From positions 2,340,001 through 2,372,000 of the forward strand of contig NC_017459.1 in assembly GCF_000237865.1 (NCBI RefSeq): a stretch of DNA of 32,000 nt. The letters run 5' to 3'. Positions 9,440 to 20,032 of the stretch are shown one piece after another. Numbering within the stretch: position 1 is the stretch's first letter; each line of letters begins with the position of its first letter. Below the pieces are notes generated by a model. It was not told where the DNA came from, did not search any database, and saw only the letters and a list, made by a program, of their open reading frames with translations. The DNA comes from Haloquadratum walsbyi C23. GTDB lineage: Archaea; Halobacteriota; Halobacteria; Halobacteriales; Haloferacaceae. The position numbers and the translations under genes were made by a program.

Positions 9440-9572
9440 GGATAGAGAGAGCATTATTGATTTCATCGTCTTCGTTTTGAGATGCTGACGAATTGGCGAT
9501 AGTGAGGATAATTCGCTGCAATCACCAGTATCATATTATTTGAAATATGATGTGACGTATGGTAGCAGTGTA

Positions 9573-9800
9573 ATGGTCGGACCAAGCATGACCGATGACG
9601 AGCGGACAATCGCCGGTCGGAATCTAAAGATTGGATTTGTTGCGCTCGTCAGCGCATCTGGCGGGCTCACCGCTCTACAGGCTGGTGGAGGAATTACTAT
9701 TATTGCTGCTGGTCTTATTGGTGGATTGGCGCTTGGAAGCGCGTTATTATGGTTCTTAGTTCAGTGGTGGCAGTCGCTGTTTGTGAAGACTAGTCGCTAA
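9573..9800 (+). CDS. small Gly/Ala-rich membrane protein with two predicted transmembrane helices
   Basis: The ORF 9540..9800 starts at TTG; an in-frame ATG at 9573 (MVGPSMTDDE...) is more plausible. There are two hydrophobic stretches, LKIGFVALVSASGGLTALQA and ITIIAAGLIGGLALGSALLWFLVQWW. No homology was recognised. Confidence 0.45.
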   Translation: MVGPSMTDDERTIAGRNLKIGFVALVSASGGLTALQAGGGITIIAAGLIGGLALGSALLWFLVQWWQSLFVKTSR

Positions 9801-9925
9801 TCGTCAGAGCGTGTCATCGCTTCTCGACGGACATATTGATCGATGGGTCCACCGGGTGGGTATTGTAATGTTGTAATCACATCACCCGGAGAGTATATCA
9901 CTAATTCGAAGAGAGTTAGGTGGGA

Positions 9926-9932
9926 TTAAATA
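9926..9932 (+). promoter_or_regulatory. TATA-like box (TTAAATA) upstream of the ABC exporter gene
   Basis: It lies 38 to 44 nt upstream of the ATG at 9970, in an otherwise non-coding 169-bp gap. Confidence 0.3.
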
Positions 9933-9969
9933 CTCGCGCTTGACACATTAACAAGACACGAACTATCAC

Positions 9970-11778
9970 ATGAGTGATTTTGATACCGGTGCACCTTCTT
10001 GGCGTGAAAAACTCCGCGCACTCTGGCAAGTCGCACAATTTGCCCCACGATTGACTGCAGGAATCATCATACTCGGGGTTATTGTCGCCGGATTTGAGGG
10101 AATTGGTCTTGGATTTATTCTTCCTGTCGTTGAGTTGGTGCAAACGAGCGGTGATCCAGTTGCTGAGGCAGACGGAATAATGGGAATATTCGTGACGGGG
10201 TATCAGATTCTGAATATTCCATTTACACTCGGAACGGTTGTCGTCGGGGTTGCAGTCGCTATGGCCATCCGCTATACAGGAAGTTTTTCAATAGCGTGGC
10301 TCAAGGCGACTATTCGAACATATTACGTTCGCTATTTGCAAAAGGAAGCATTTGATCATGCACTCGATGCGAAGATATCCTATTATGATGAGGAAGGATC
10401 TGATGATATCCTGAATGCGATTGTTACGCAGACAAAATTTGCTGGACAAGTAATTAGTGATACAATTAATCTAGTTAAGACAGCTTTACTTACGCTTGTC
10501 TATCTCTCTATCGCGTTTGTTCTTTCTCCAACCCTCACCACATTTACCATCGTATTCCTTGGAGGGCTGACTTATTTACTCAGAAATGTTCTCGATTCAG
10601 GATATGATATTGGTGATAAAGTCGCTGATGCGAACGAACAACGACAAGAAGCCGCACAAGCCGGCACACAGGGAATTCGTGATATTCGAATCTTTGGAAT
10701 CGCCGATGAGCTTCGGGAGGATTTTGCACGCGCCGTAGACAAGTTCACGACGTCTCAGATCAAGTTACGGCGGAATGAGGCTGCTCTTCAAAGTGGATAT
10801 AATTTTGCTGTTGCTGTGTCTGTGTTTGTGTTGATATTTTTCGCACTGCGTTTCGCGGATTTGTCACTTGGGTCACTCGCTGTCTTCCTCTTTGCAATGT
10901 TCCGTGCCGGTCCGAAAGCAAGTCGGCTGAATCAATTATTATACAGTGTCGAAAATAAGCTTCCACACCTGGTTCGAACACAGCAGTTCATTGAGAAACT
11001 GGATCAATACGAGGAACCGACTGATGCAACACACGAAGCACCGGATAAAATTCGTCGGGTTGATTTCAACGATGTTTGGTTCTCTTACACGGACGAAGAA
11101 CAAGTGTTGACAGGAATCAATTTCACACTCAATCGTGGGGATTTCATTGCATTCGTTGGACAGTCTGGAGCAGGCAAATCAACGATTGCGGCATTACTCG
11201 CGCGGATGTACGAACCAGACAATGGTGAAATTACGGCAAATGGAGCATCGATTGAGGAGATGAATATTGATGCATGGAGAAATCGGCTTGCCGTTGTTCG
11301 TCAGCAGCCATTTATTTTCGATGATACACTTCGATACAATCTCACAATCGCCAATCGAGATGCATCGCGGGCAGAGATTGACCGTGTCTGTGAAATCGCA
11401 AGGGTCGATGAGTTCTTTGATGAATTGCCGAACGGGTATGATTCTCTATTAGGCGACGATGGTATCCGATTATCCGGTGGACAAAAGCAACGTGTAGCAC
11501 TCGCACGAGCACTTCTTGCTGACGCTGAAATATTGGTTCTGGACGAAGCGACGAGCGATCTAGATACCAATCTAGAGAAAGATGTACAAGAAGCAATCGA
11601 GCAGATGGATCGCGAATACAGTATCGTGACGATTGCACACCGACTGTCAACCGTCAAGAATGCTGATCGGATATACACAATCGAGGATGGAAATGTCTCT
11701 GAATTTGGACAGCATGATGAATTAATCAGTCAGGATGGAACGTATGCAGAATTGTATGCTACCCAGGTAAGCGGATAG
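9970..11778 (+). CDS. ABC exporter, fused permease/ATPase (MsbA/type I exporter-like)
   Basis: 602 aa. The N-terminal half holds multiple transmembrane helices. Walker A is GQSGAGKST, the signature is LSGGQKQR, Walker B is ILVLDEATSDLD and the H-loop is IAHRLST. There is no N-terminal C39 peptidase domain. Confidence 0.9.
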   Translation: MSDFDTGAPSWREKLRALWQVAQFAPRLTAGIIILGVIVAGFEGIGLGFILPVVELVQTSGDPVAEADGIMGIFVTGYQILNIPFTLGTVVVGVAVAMAIRYTGSFSIAWLKATIRTYYVRYLQKEAFDHALDAKISYYDEEGSDDILNAIVTQTKFAGQVISDTINLVKTALLTLVYLSIAFVLSPTLTTFTIVFLGGLTYLLRNVLDSGYDIGDKVADANEQRQEAAQAGTQGIRDIRIFGIADELREDFARAVDKFTTSQIKLRRNEAALQSGYNFAVAVSVFVLIFFALRFADLSLGSLAVFLFAMFRAGPKASRLNQLLYSVENKLPHLVRTQQFIEKLDQYEEPTDATHEAPDKIRRVDFNDVWFSYTDEEQVLTGINFTLNRGDFIAFVGQSGAGKSTIAALLARMYEPDNGEITANGASIEEMNIDAWRNRLAVVRQQPFIFDDTLRYNLTIANRDASRAEIDRVCEIARVDEFFDELPNGYDSLLGDDGIRLSGGQKQRVALARALLADAEILVLDEATSDLDTNLEKDVQEAIEQMDREYSIVTIAHRLSTVKNADRIYTIEDGNVSEFGQHDELISQDGTYAELYATQVSG

Positions 11779-11951
11779 AGAATAAAAATTAAGGAATATC
11801 CACTACCGGTTATTGAACGAGAGCACAGAATTTTTTCTCTCAGATAACTCATATAACTATCTACTCTGTTACAAGTAGCCCATGCCGCATATATCTCAAC
11901 GATAATCTACGTCATTTCGCTAAATTACTTAATTCTAGTTAGACATACAAT

Positions 11952-12959
11952 TCAGGGATTAACGCGGTCAATCCAGTATTGTGGATTATCAAGTTCAGAC
12001 TCATCTGGTAAGTAGCGTGGATCCTCCCAGACAGTTGCTGCAGCCTTGACCCCACGTTGATCAGCAATTGTTTCGAAGAACTGTGCTCCGCGCTCATACT
12101 GTCGTTCCTTCACACCAAGCCCAAGTAGTCGTCGGAATAACTGGGCGACTGGTCCGCCACCACCGCGACGAGCGTCGAGTTTTGCACGGAGATCTGCATA
12201 CTCCTCATCAAATGCTCGATCCATCAGTAGCTCTGCATATCCCTCAACAGCAGTCATGACAATATCAACATCACTGAATGCAGATCGATCGAGTCGACCA
12301 CCCGTGAGGGCTTCAAGTCCAGATTCAATACGATCTTCAATATGTGTCCGTAGCCACGGAGCAGCTCCAAACTCAGCTGCATGTGCTACTTCATGAAATG
12401 CAATCCATCGGCGAAAGCGTGGATACTCAACATCTAATTCTGCGGCAACATCAACGATATTTGGATGAACGAAATACAGCTCATGGTTATTCTCGTTTGT
12501 CTCGATTGTATCAGTTGTTTGCGAGAGGAGTTGTGGGTCATACTGCCCAAGAACGTTTCCTGAGAGAAATGCCAATGCGGCTGCCATTGAGCCAGTGTTG
12601 ACCATCCGAGTTGCATATCCAGAGGGACCATTCAGCGCATTGGTATCGTCAATCAGTGTCGCAATATCAATCGGATCCAGCATTCGTTCAAACGTTTTGA
12701 TATTTGCGTCAATCCAGTGATGTCGGTTCTGCACCTCAATTGTCTGTGGGATATCAAATTCAAGCCCACCAACAGTTCGGAGTCGAGACCGGGCATCTCG
12801 AACATCGGTTGCGTATGCACGACGCTCTGCATCATCAAGCGTGAGCATTCCCTGATCGCGCGCTTGCTTTGCCGCTTCCGCAGTTGCACGCCAGTCAATC
12901 CATTCTGTCTCGCCACCACGGGCGTTAGCAACAGCACGGACACTCTGATAGAGACTCAT
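11952..12959 (-). CDS. zincin-like HExxH protein, DUF2342 / Zincin_2-type putative metallohydrolase
   Basis: 335 aa with an ATG start. The motif WIAFHEVAHAAEFGAAPWLRTHI matches the hallmark HExxH...PWL segment of this family as I recall it. Confidence 0.7.
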   Translation of the reverse strand: MSLYQSVRAVANARGGETEWIDWRATAEAAKQARDQGMLTLDDAERRAYATDVRDARSRLRTVGGLEFDIPQTIEVQNRHHWIDANIKTFERMLDPIDIATLIDDTNALNGPSGYATRMVNTGSMAAALAFLSGNVLGQYDPQLLSQTTDTIETNENNHELYFVHPNIVDVAAELDVEYPRFRRWIAFHEVAHAAEFGAAPWLRTHIEDRIESGLEALTGGRLDRSAFSDVDIVMTAVEGYAELLMDRAFDEEYADLRAKLDARRGGGGPVAQLFRRLLGLGVKERQYERGAQFFETIADQRGVKAAATVWEDPRYLPDESELDNPQYWIDRVNP

Positions 12960-13178
12960 ACACTAATATAGACCGGAAGGCGCAAAACCCTTATCCGCGA
13001 ATGTGTCGGCTCTACTCAAATCTCTCTAGATTTGCTGCACATACGACAGTGCATACGCTCACGATCTTACACCAACCCATTATACAAATACACGAATTCA
13101 GTTTCCAGAGACGCACAGCTCATCTATCATATATACTCGAATAAACATATCAGCTGTATCGGTTGTATCTTTTCGCGT

Positions 13179-14018
13179 TCAGATCTCGGCTTCGAATTCG
13201 TCGAGTGCGTACAGTGAGTCAGCACCACGACGGTCAAGCGTCTCATTGGCAAGAAGCCAATAAACGACAGAAAGTGCACGTCGACCCTTGTTATTCGTTG
13301 GTACAACAAGGTCAGTATTGCTCGTTTGATTATTCGAATCACACATTGCAATGACCGGGATCCCAACAGTGATTGCTTCTTTCACCGCTTGTGCATCGCC
13401 GATTGGGTCAGTAACAACCACAACATCAGGTTCGATATATCCTGCATAATCAGGATTTGTGAGCGTGCCGGGGATGAATCGTCCAGTGCGTGCCCGTGCA
13501 CCGACAGCGTCTGCAAACTTCTTTGCAGGGAAGCGTCCATACTGTCGTGAACTTGTGACGAGCATCTGGTCAGGATTGTAATTCGCAAGGAAATTCGCAG
13601 CCGTTCGAATTCGCGAATCCGTCTGGCTGACGTCAAGAACATAAAGCCCGTCATCACGAACACGGTGAATGAAGCGCTCCATGTCACTTGTTTTCTGTTG
13701 GGTCCCAATGTGGACACCAGCGGAGAGATAATCCTCAACAGGAATGAGAAGATCTGCCTCTTCATCTGGCATCACATCCTCATCGAAGGTTGGTCCTTCA
13801 AGTTCATCATCAGGCTCAGCATCAGCGCTTTCGTTGCCTGTCTGGGTAGTTGTCTCGTCCCCAGCAGCGTCGCTTGCAGTCGGGGTAGTCTCATTCGATT
13901 CATCGGTCTCGGTATCAGCCTCGGCCTCAGTCGCTGTGTCAACATCAACAGGGGACTCGCTGACCACTGCTTCGTCGTCATCCACGACCTCGACCACTTC
14001 GTTATCGTTTTCTGTCAT
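13179..14018 (-). CDS. rps2: 30S ribosomal protein S2 (uS2) with a long acidic N-terminal extension
   Basis: The core [40 protein letters not shown] is unmistakable uS2. The start overlaps the enolase stop (ATGA at 14015..14018). Confidence 0.93.
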   Translation of the reverse strand: MTENDNEVVEVVDDDEAVVSESPVDVDTATEAEADTETDESNETTPTASDAAGDETTTQTGNESADAEPDDELEGPTFDEDVMPDEEADLLIPVEDYLSAGVHIGTQQKTSDMERFIHRVRDDGLYVLDVSQTDSRIRTAANFLANYNPDQMLVTSSRQYGRFPAKKFADAVGARARTGRFIPGTLTNPDYAGYIEPDVVVVTDPIGDAQAVKEAITVGIPVIAMCDSNNQTSNTDLVVPTNNKGRRALSVVYWLLANETLDRRGADSLYALDEFEAEI

Positions 14019-15220
14019 ACTGCATCCTCCGCAATGCGGATAAGTTCATTTAGTTTGGCAGTTCGCTCGCCTTGGACCGTACCGGTCTTAATAAATCCAG
14101 CGTCAGTCGCAACAGCGAGGTGTGCAATTGTCACATCCTCAGTTTCACCTGAGCGGTGTGAGACAACTGTTTCATATCCATGTTCACGAGCCAATTCAAT
14201 CGCATCAAATGCATCGGTGAGGGTACCGATCTGATTTGGCTTGATTAAAATCGAGTTTGCAGCATCAGCATCGATGCCCGTTTGTAATCGTTCAACGCTT
14301 GTCACAAAGAGGTCATCCCCGCAGATTAACGTCTGATCACCAACTCGCTCAGTGAGCGTCGCAAAGCCGTCATAGTCGTTCTCATCAAGCGGGTCCTCGA
14401 CATAGACGAGATTGTACTCTGCGATCATCTCAGCGACGTATTCGACTTGCCCTGTGGTTGATTTGACCTCATCACCATAGACGTATCCACCCACATCATC
14501 GTCATATAACTCTGCAGCAGCCATATCAAGCCCAAACCGAATTTCAAAGCCAAGGTCATCCTCAACATCGGCGACTGCATCATTAACGAGGCTAAACGCC
14601 TCAGCGTCAGAAATGGGTGGTGCCCATGCGCCTTCATCACCTTTTGCCGCAGGGATACCGCGCTCATCAAGGATCTCAGACACTCGTGCATGGACGGCGG
14701 CGTTGGCGAAGACGGCCTCCGAAACGTTCGGCGCACCAATTGGTGCTGAGAGGAACTCTTGAATGTGTGTTGCCTCTTTGGCATGCTCGCCACCACCAAC
14801 AACGTTGCCGAGCGGGGTCGGGAATGACTCCCCGCGGAATGTCCCGCCAAGATGTTGATATACAGGTGCACCGAGGACGTCTGCTCCGGCTTTTGCAGCA
14901 GCCATCGAGATTGCAACAGCGCTGTTTGCTCCAATCTGAGAGAAGTTGTCTGTTCCATCTGCTGCGTGCAATGCAGCATCAACTTCGCGTTGATTTCCAG
15001 CGTGCACCGTATCGATAAGTCGGGGAACTACATGATCGCGAGCGCTTGCAATTGCCTCAGCAGGGTCAAGTTCAATTGCCTCATACTCGCCGGTGCTTGC
15101 CCCACTGGGCGCTGCTGCTCGTCCAAACCCGCCGGATTGTGTCAAGACATCAGCTTCGACAGTTGGATTCCCTCGTGAGTCAAGAATACGACGCAGTGAA
15201 ACGTTCGTTATCTGCGTCAT
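14015..15220 (-). CDS. eno: enolase (phosphopyruvate hydratase)
   Basis: 401 aa. It contains [19 protein letters not shown] and an N-terminal [14 protein letters not shown] segment. Confidence 0.97.
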   Translation of the reverse strand: MTQITNVSLRRILDSRGNPTVEADVLTQSGGFGRAAAPSGASTGEYEAIELDPAEAIASARDHVVPRLIDTVHAGNQREVDAALHAADGTDNFSQIGANSAVAISMAAAKAGADVLGAPVYQHLGGTFRGESFPTPLGNVVGGGEHAKEATHIQEFLSAPIGAPNVSEAVFANAAVHARVSEILDERGIPAAKGDEGAWAPPISDAEAFSLVNDAVADVEDDLGFEIRFGLDMAAAELYDDDVGGYVYGDEVKSTTGQVEYVAEMIAEYNLVYVEDPLDENDYDGFATLTERVGDQTLICGDDLFVTSVERLQTGIDADAANSILIKPNQIGTLTDAFDAIELAREHGYETVVSHRSGETEDVTIAHLAVATDAGFIKTGTVQGERTAKLNELIRIAEDAV

Positions 15221-15222
15221 TC

Positions 15223-15420
15223 TCAGCTATCCTCCTGTTTGACCGTGAACGGCAGAACACCGGCATCATATTCCTCCGCAGCAACGAGAATCGGCTCGGA
15301 TTGTTCAGTGTCGACGAGCACAGGAGCACCATACGAAATCTGGAGTGCGCGTGCACCGAGGATCCGGGCTTTCTCATACCGATTATACGTTGGTTGTGTA
15401 TGGGTTTGTGAGTGACTCAT
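15223..15420 (-). CDS. rpoK: DNA-directed RNA polymerase subunit K (Rpo6)
   Basis: 65 aa. The [22 protein letters not shown] motif is present, and the gene sits in its conserved position upstream of eno. Confidence 0.9.
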   Translation of the reverse strand: MSHSQTHTQPTYNRYEKARILGARALQISYGAPVLVDTEQSEPILVAAEEYDAGVLPFTVKQEDS

Positions 15421-15874
15421 GTGATGATCCTCGTCTCCATTGATATGATTGAACCGAACATCTGTGCGTCATTGCGACCGCAAGCATATTGATATCGGTT
15501 ATGATGAGTACTGATTTGTCTATCTCGACGGTCGTTTACCGGGCATATATCGATATATTTGCTAATATTGTTTGAGCGAACGCCCAGATTAGTATCAGTA
15601 CCGGTTTTGACCGCTTGATGTGAGTGTCTACTCACCGATATGCTGTCACTAGTTCCAGTATCAAAATCAGTGCCAGTGTTGAGTTCTACCCGCTGATTGA
15701 GTGTTGTCGCTAGTCCTGAGCATAACTCGCCTGAAAGCGATGTGGAAAACGCCACAGATATGTCCCATCCACCCGGGGAGAAGCGTGTATAGGGTCTAGA
15801 TCGAACGCTTCTTTGTGTACTCAACTGCTGCGAATCGGGTTGATTTCGAGCGTGACCTCGATAGTGAATTCGGG

Positions 15875-16069
15875 TCACTGGTATGGGGCAACGACGTCGA
15901 CAAGATCCCGATGTGAAACCATCATTCGACGACAGCAGTGACGTTTGATGCCAAGGTCATCAAGCACTTCCCCTGGGTCTTCGTTGCCATCACGCGCTCG
16001 CTGTTTAAATTCATCCCAGTGTTCACCAATAACAGTACCGCAGGTGAAACATCGGACAGGTATCATCAT
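15875..16069 (-). CDS. rpoN: DNA-directed RNA polymerase subunit N (Rpo10)
   Basis: M(M)[13 protein letters not shown]...HCCRRM zinc-binding pattern. The start may be the second ATG, at 16066. Confidence 0.93.
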   Translation of the reverse strand: MMIPVRCFTCGTVIGEHWDEFKQRARDGNEDPGEVLDDLGIKRHCCRRMMVSHRDLVDVVAPYQ

Positions 16070-16081
16070 GATATGCTCACC

Positions 16082-16480
16082 TCAGCGGTATGATTTCTGA
16101 TATCGGGCACGGGCACCTGGACCGCCCCATTTTTTCGGTTCAGACTGTCGCACGTCGTTGACGAGCAGTGATCGATCAAAGTCCATGTATGCATCACGCA
16201 GTTCTGCATCATTGAGATATTGAACCAATCCACGGGCGATTGCCGTTCGTGTTGCGTCTGCTTGCCCAGCAAAGCCACCACCAGAAACGGAGACATCAAT
16301 GTCGACCTGTGATCGAAGATCCTCGCCGGCAATGCGGAATGGCTCAAGCATCTTGAGACGAGACATCTCTGGTTCAACAAGCTCGACTGGCTGGGAATCG
16401 ATACGGACACGGCCTTTCCCCTCGCGAACAGTTGCGCGAGCGATTGCCGTCTTCTTCTTACCGGATGTATTCGTTACCAT
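16082..16480 (-). CDS. rps9: 30S ribosomal protein S9 (uS9)
   Basis: [27 protein letters not shown] near the N-terminus and ...RARYQKSYR at the C-terminus. Confidence 0.95.
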   Translation of the reverse strand: MVTNTSGKKKTAIARATVREGKGRVRIDSQPVELVEPEMSRLKMLEPFRIAGEDLRSQVDIDVSVSGGGFAGQADATRTAIARGLVQYLNDAELRDAYMDFDRSLLVNDVRQSEPKKWGGPGARARYQKSYR

Positions 16481-16911
16481 GTGACTGTCGCTCCAAGGTT
16501 TGCAGATACCTCTCCGAGTGAGAGGAATTTGATATTTGAAAGTCGATCCAACGTCGTTCCATCGATTGCCTCACCATCATCGTCGTATGGATTTCCGACA
16601 TATGTACGAACATTCGAGAGTGCCTCGCGTCCGCGGTCGCTCTTGTATGGAAGCATTCCACGAACAGCTCGCTTGAAGATTCCATCCGGACGTGATGGAT
16701 ATGCAGGTCCCTGATCAGAACCAAGCTCTGATCGGGTCTCATACACACTCATGACATCTTCTTCGGATCCTGTGATGACAGCATCCTCAACATTGACGAT
16801 TGCGACCGTCTCGCCCTCGAGTGCGCGTTGTGCAACCTCACTTGCAACGCGACCAACAATGCAGTTTTGTGCGTTGATGACAACATCAGCGTCGAATTCT
16901 GCAAGACTCAT
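16474..16911 (-). CDS. rpl13: 50S ribosomal protein L13 (uL13)
   Basis: The archaeal uL13 pattern [38 protein letters not shown] is present. It overlaps the rps9 start by 7 nt. Confidence 0.93.
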   Translation of the reverse strand: MSLAEFDADVVINAQNCIVGRVASEVAQRALEGETVAIVNVEDAVITGSEEDVMSVYETRSELGSDQGPAYPSRPDGIFKRAVRGMLPYKSDRGREALSNVRTYVGNPYDDDGEAIDGTTLDRLSNIKFLSLGEVSANLGATVTW

Positions 16912-17258
16912 CGAATCACCCGTACGTTACTTCCTTCAGGATTTTCTTTGACATATTCACGAAGATACTCAGCATCTCCGACTTGTTCGATCTTTGTTTG
17001 TGCAGTCGATGAAAAATCAACTGCAGCAACAGTGATGTTTTTCTGCAGCACACCGCTTCCCAGCACCTTGCCAGGAACAACAACGGTCTCATCTTCGCGT
17101 GCGTATCGTTCAATACGCCCAAGATTGACCTCTGCATGGGTGCGCCGTGGCTTTTCGAGGCGATCCGCGATGTCCTGCCAGACATTGGCATCAGACCCAC
17201 GGGATTTCGCCTTCAATTCGGCGATGAGACTATCAAGTCTCGGATTTGTTTTACTCAT
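16908..17258 (-). CDS. rpl18e: 50S ribosomal protein L18e (eL18)
   Basis: [20 protein letters not shown]... The track starts at TTG 17267; the ATG at 17258 gives the canonical N-terminus. The stop overlaps the rpl13 start (ATGA). Confidence 0.9.
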   Translation of the reverse strand: MSKTNPRLDSLIAELKAKSRGSDANVWQDIADRLEKPRRTHAEVNLGRIERYAREDETVVVPGKVLGSGVLQKNITVAAVDFSSTAQTKIEQVGDAEYLREYVKENPEGSNVRVIR

Positions 17259-17296
17259 TAATATCAACTCCGTATTGAGAAACCGCAGTACTGGAG

Positions 17297-17381
17297 TGCA
17301 GAGAGCAGGATTTGAACCTGCGGACCCCTACGGGACAGCGCCCTGAACGCTGCGCCGTTGACCAAACTTGGCTATCCCTGC
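17297..17381 (-). tRNA. tRNA-Leu (anticodon CAG), class II with long variable arm, no encoded CCA
   Basis: I folded it by hand from the reverse complement. Acceptor is GCAGGGA/TCTCTGC. The anticodon arm is CAGCG-TTCAGGG-CGCTG. The variable arm contains CCC-GTA-GGG. The T arm is GCAGG-TTCAAAT-CCTGC and the discriminator is A. Length is 85 nt. Confidence 0.9.
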
Positions 17382-17712
17382 GTGCACTCCGAATTTTTCG
17401 ATGCCCCTTCATACTCCTTTCGATCCGATACACACCAACCGACCGCGAATCGACTGTATAATCCTCAGAATCCGGACATTCGACGCTCTGGGATATGTCT
17501 ATGACTGCAACCGCAGGTATCGATAACTGTGGAGAGGATGCCGTCGAATTCAGGGTCGAATAATAGTCATCTCCACATTCATCGACATGCTCGTGGCTTC
17601 GCAAGCGAGCACAGGCGCGTCGATAGTGAGATGAAGGGTCAGTCATACGATTCAATTTGTGTGGTGTGTCGTGTATATAGTGTAATTCTATGACGATACG
17701 ACAATCTGATTC

Positions 17713-18501
17713 TCAGATGGCAACCTTTGTCTCAAGTTCAGCTGCACGGTCACCGAGTGAGCGCGCTGCTCGTTCAACAAGTTCGGGAACGCTGAAGGAT
17801 CCATCTGTCTCGACATGAAAGACAACGGCATTTGGAACATCTGAGACGGTGAGTTCCTTTCCAGGATACCGGTTCGTGAGGTCATTATCGAATTCTGTCG
17901 TGGGAATCAAATCCCCATTTGTTGCTGTCTCATCAACAGCATGCGCGGCTGCGCCCTCTTCGATAACACCTCGGAGGATATGCGGGTCCTCATCGGCAAA
18001 CTCATCAGCATCACCGATGACCTCGATACGCTGGAGGTGCCTATATCCAACAGCAACACCACCCTGTTGTTTGGCATGAGACTTCCCGGTGTCAAGAACC
18101 GCATCAGCCTCAAGCTCAAGTCGGTGATTCTCCTTGAGTTCAATAATCGGGATGTTTTCATCAGCAGGCTCAACAAGCCGGTCGGATGAGACAATATCCC
18201 CGGAGTACGCTGTTTGTGGACCCGTTATATCAAGCGAAAGCGTCACTGTGTCACCGATATCGAAGTCATCAACAGGTGTTGTTAATGGAACTAGCCCTAA
18301 TCGAAGCCCGATCATCTCATCAAACATCACCGATGAATTCTCGACAAAGCGAACGTCTTCAATACTGAATGTCGGAATGTCGGCAACCATCGCGCGCCGA
18401 ATACCATTTGCGACTGCAGGGGTGACACCCCGAACAAGAAAGCGTGCACTTCGGTCATCGGTATCGCGTTCGATGAACTCAATGTCAAAGTCGTCTGTCA
18501 T
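17713..18501 (-). CDS. rpoD: DNA-directed RNA polymerase subunit D (Rpo3)
   Basis: 262 aa. The segment [55 protein letters not shown] is present, and the gene sits in its conserved position after S11. Confidence 0.92.
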   Translation of the reverse strand: MTDDFDIEFIERDTDDRSARFLVRGVTPAVANGIRRAMVADIPTFSIEDVRFVENSSVMFDEMIGLRLGLVPLTTPVDDFDIGDTVTLSLDITGPQTAYSGDIVSSDRLVEPADENIPIIELKENHRLELEADAVLDTGKSHAKQQGGVAVGYRHLQRIEVIGDADEFADEDPHILRGVIEEGAAAHAVDETATNGDLIPTTEFDNDLTNRYPGKELTVSDVPNAVVFHVETDGSFSVPELVERAARSLGDRAAELETKVAI

Positions 18502-18507
18502 CAGTGA

Positions 18508-18903
18508 TTAAAGCCGGCTGTTCTTTGGTGCACGTGTTCCATCGTGTGGAATTGGTGTGACGTCTTCGATTCGACCGATCTCAAGACCGGCACGAGCAAG
18601 TGCACGGATTGTCGCCTGTGCACCTGGTCCAGGGCTTTTATTCCCGTTTCCGCCAGGACCGCGGACACGGACATGAAGACCGTCAATGCCTGCTGCTTTG
18701 ATATCCTCAGCAACAGACTCAGCCATCTGCATGGCTGCATATGGTGATGCCTCATCGCGATTCTGTTTCACGACTGCACCACCAGATGACTTCACAATCG
18801 TCTCAGCACCTGTCAGATCGGTTACGGTGATGAGAGTATTGTTGAATGATGCGTGAACGTGTGCGACTCCCCATCGTTTTTCAGTATTTTCAGATTCACT
18901 CAT
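18508..18903 (-). CDS. rps11: 30S ribosomal protein S11 (uS11)
   Basis: [26 protein letters not shown]...SPYAAMQ. Confidence 0.95.
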   Translation of the reverse strand: MSESENTEKRWGVAHVHASFNNTLITVTDLTGAETIVKSSGGAVVKQNRDEASPYAAMQMAESVAEDIKAAGIDGLHVRVRGPGGNGNKSPGPGAQATIRALARAGLEIGRIEDVTPIPHDGTRAPKNSRL

Positions 18904-18909
18904 GTGTTA

Positions 18910-19437
18910 TTACTCCTGTCCCTCGGCGCGAGCCGGGTGAAGACTGTCTGCGAGTGGGCTGTTTTCATCGAACGCAATGGCGTTTGCTTCAGTCTCTTCG
19001 ACCATTTTTGATGGACGGGTAACACGCGCGCCATTGACGGTAATATGCTCATGAACGATGAACTGACGTGCCTGTTTGGGCGTGCTTGCAAGCCCTTGTC
19101 GATAGACAATTGTCTGTAGTCGGCGTTCAAGAATGTCAGAAACATCAAGTCCGAGCACCTTGCTGATATCGTCATCCGCTGAGAGGATGCCGTACCGACG
19201 GAGTCGGTCAAGGAACTCCTCACCAAGTGCTTCGGCAACCGAAACGTCACCCTGTGCCTCACCAATGAGTCGGCGAGCCTCACGCCGATATTCACGGAGT
19301 TCGGATTGTGTTCGCCAGAGTTCTTCTTTATTCTTCAGCCCATATCGACCAAGGAGATCGCCTTCCTGAGCGATACGCTCACCCTGATATGGGTGATTCG
19401 GGGTCTCATATCGTTTTGTATTACTTCCAGTCGACAT
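18910..19437 (-). CDS. rps4: 30S ribosomal protein S4 (uS4)
   Basis: YETPNHPYQGERIAQEGDLLGRYGLKNKEELWR, followed by an S4 RNA-binding domain (RLQTIVYRQGLASTPKQARQFIVHEHITVNG). Confidence 0.95.
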   Translation of the reverse strand: MSTGSNTKRYETPNHPYQGERIAQEGDLLGRYGLKNKEELWRTQSELREYRREARRLIGEAQGDVSVAEALGEEFLDRLRRYGILSADDDISKVLGLDVSDILERRLQTIVYRQGLASTPKQARQFIVHEHITVNGARVTRPSKMVEETEANAIAFDENSPLADSLHPARAEGQE

Positions 19438-19452
19438 ATGATATCGCTGTGA

Positions 19453-19974
19453 TTACTCCTCTTCTTCCGCAGCCTCGGCGGCTTCTTCTTTGATTGCTTC
19501 GACATTCACGCCAATCGTTCCCTCAGTACGCCCTGTGGACTTTGTGCGCTGACCACGGACTTTCTGACCACGCTTGTGTCGGACACCTTTGTATGAATCA
19601 ATCATTTTCATCCGGTTAACGTCGTGGCGGCGCTTTTCTTCGAGATCTGCTCCAGTTTTGTGATCGGTATCACCGCTGAAGAAATCCTCACGACGGTTTG
19701 TCATCCATCCAGGGATGTGGTCGTCGAGGTTTTCCACAGCATCGGTGATTGAGTCGATCTCGTCCTCTTCAAGAAGACCAAACGTTGCATGCCGGTCGAC
19801 GGATGCCACGTCGGTAATAATGCGTGCGGTACGCTTTCCAATACCTTTCATGTCCGTGAGACTCCGCTCAACCGCTTTCGTCCCATCGAGATCTGTCGTC
19901 CCGATTCGGACGAAATATTGGAGGTCATCATCTTCCTCCTCGGCGGCGTCGTCTTGTGTATTATTTGCACTCAT
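19453..19974 (-). CDS. rps13: 30S ribosomal protein S13 (uS13)
   Basis: FVRIGTTDLDGTKAVERSLTDMKGIGKRTARII...YKGVRHKRGQKVRGQRTKSTGR, with acidic N- and C-terminal tails. Confidence 0.95.
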   Translation of the reverse strand: MSANNTQDDAAEEEDDDLQYFVRIGTTDLDGTKAVERSLTDMKGIGKRTARIITDVASVDRHATFGLLEEDEIDSITDAVENLDDHIPGWMTNRREDFFSGDTDHKTGADLEEKRRHDVNRMKMIDSYKGVRHKRGQKVRGQRTKSTGRTEGTIGVNVEAIKEEAAEAAEEEE

Positions 19975-20032
19975 GACTTAGAGTTGATTACGGTGATTAT
20001 TTGTATCTCATCTTAACTTTGATTTCGATGAG

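Noticed and set aside
13749-14018. The roughly 90-aa acidic N-terminal extension of ribosomal protein S2 as a novelty or mis-start
   Set aside because: Long acidic N-terminal extensions of uS2 are, to my knowledge, usual in haloarchaea. The ATGA coupling with the enolase stop also supports the long form.
13665-14234. Long antisense or alternative-frame ORFs inside real genes (for example 13665..14234, 683..1129, 4954..5391, 5407..5799, 6625..7005, 14425..14982, 16828..17346, 20854..21345, 25779..26219)
   Set aside because: They lie opposite to, or out of frame with, strongly supported genes. Their composition is basic or Ser/Arg-rich and non-halophilic, and they have no motifs. They are typical shadow ORFs.
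15421-15874. Expected tRNA gene, or a C/D-box sRNA (GTGATGA at 15421, ATGATGA...CTGA at 15501..15514), in the spacer
   Set aside because: There is no GGTTCRAAYCC-type T-arm or acceptor pairing on either strand. The C- and D-like boxes have the wrong spacing (about 80 nt apart, with the D box 3 nt after C') and lie antisense to the operon.
15417-15878. 153-aa minus-strand ORF filling the rpoN-rpoK spacer
   Set aside because: Its translation is basic, Arg/His/Ser-rich and low-complexity, unlike the acidic proteins of this genome. It overlaps both the rpoK start and the rpoN stop, and I recognised no family.
17251-17655. 134-aa minus-strand ORF between rpoD and rpl18e
   Set aside because: It reads straight through the tRNA-Leu gene and into the rpl18e start region, so it is an artefact of open frame across an RNA gene.
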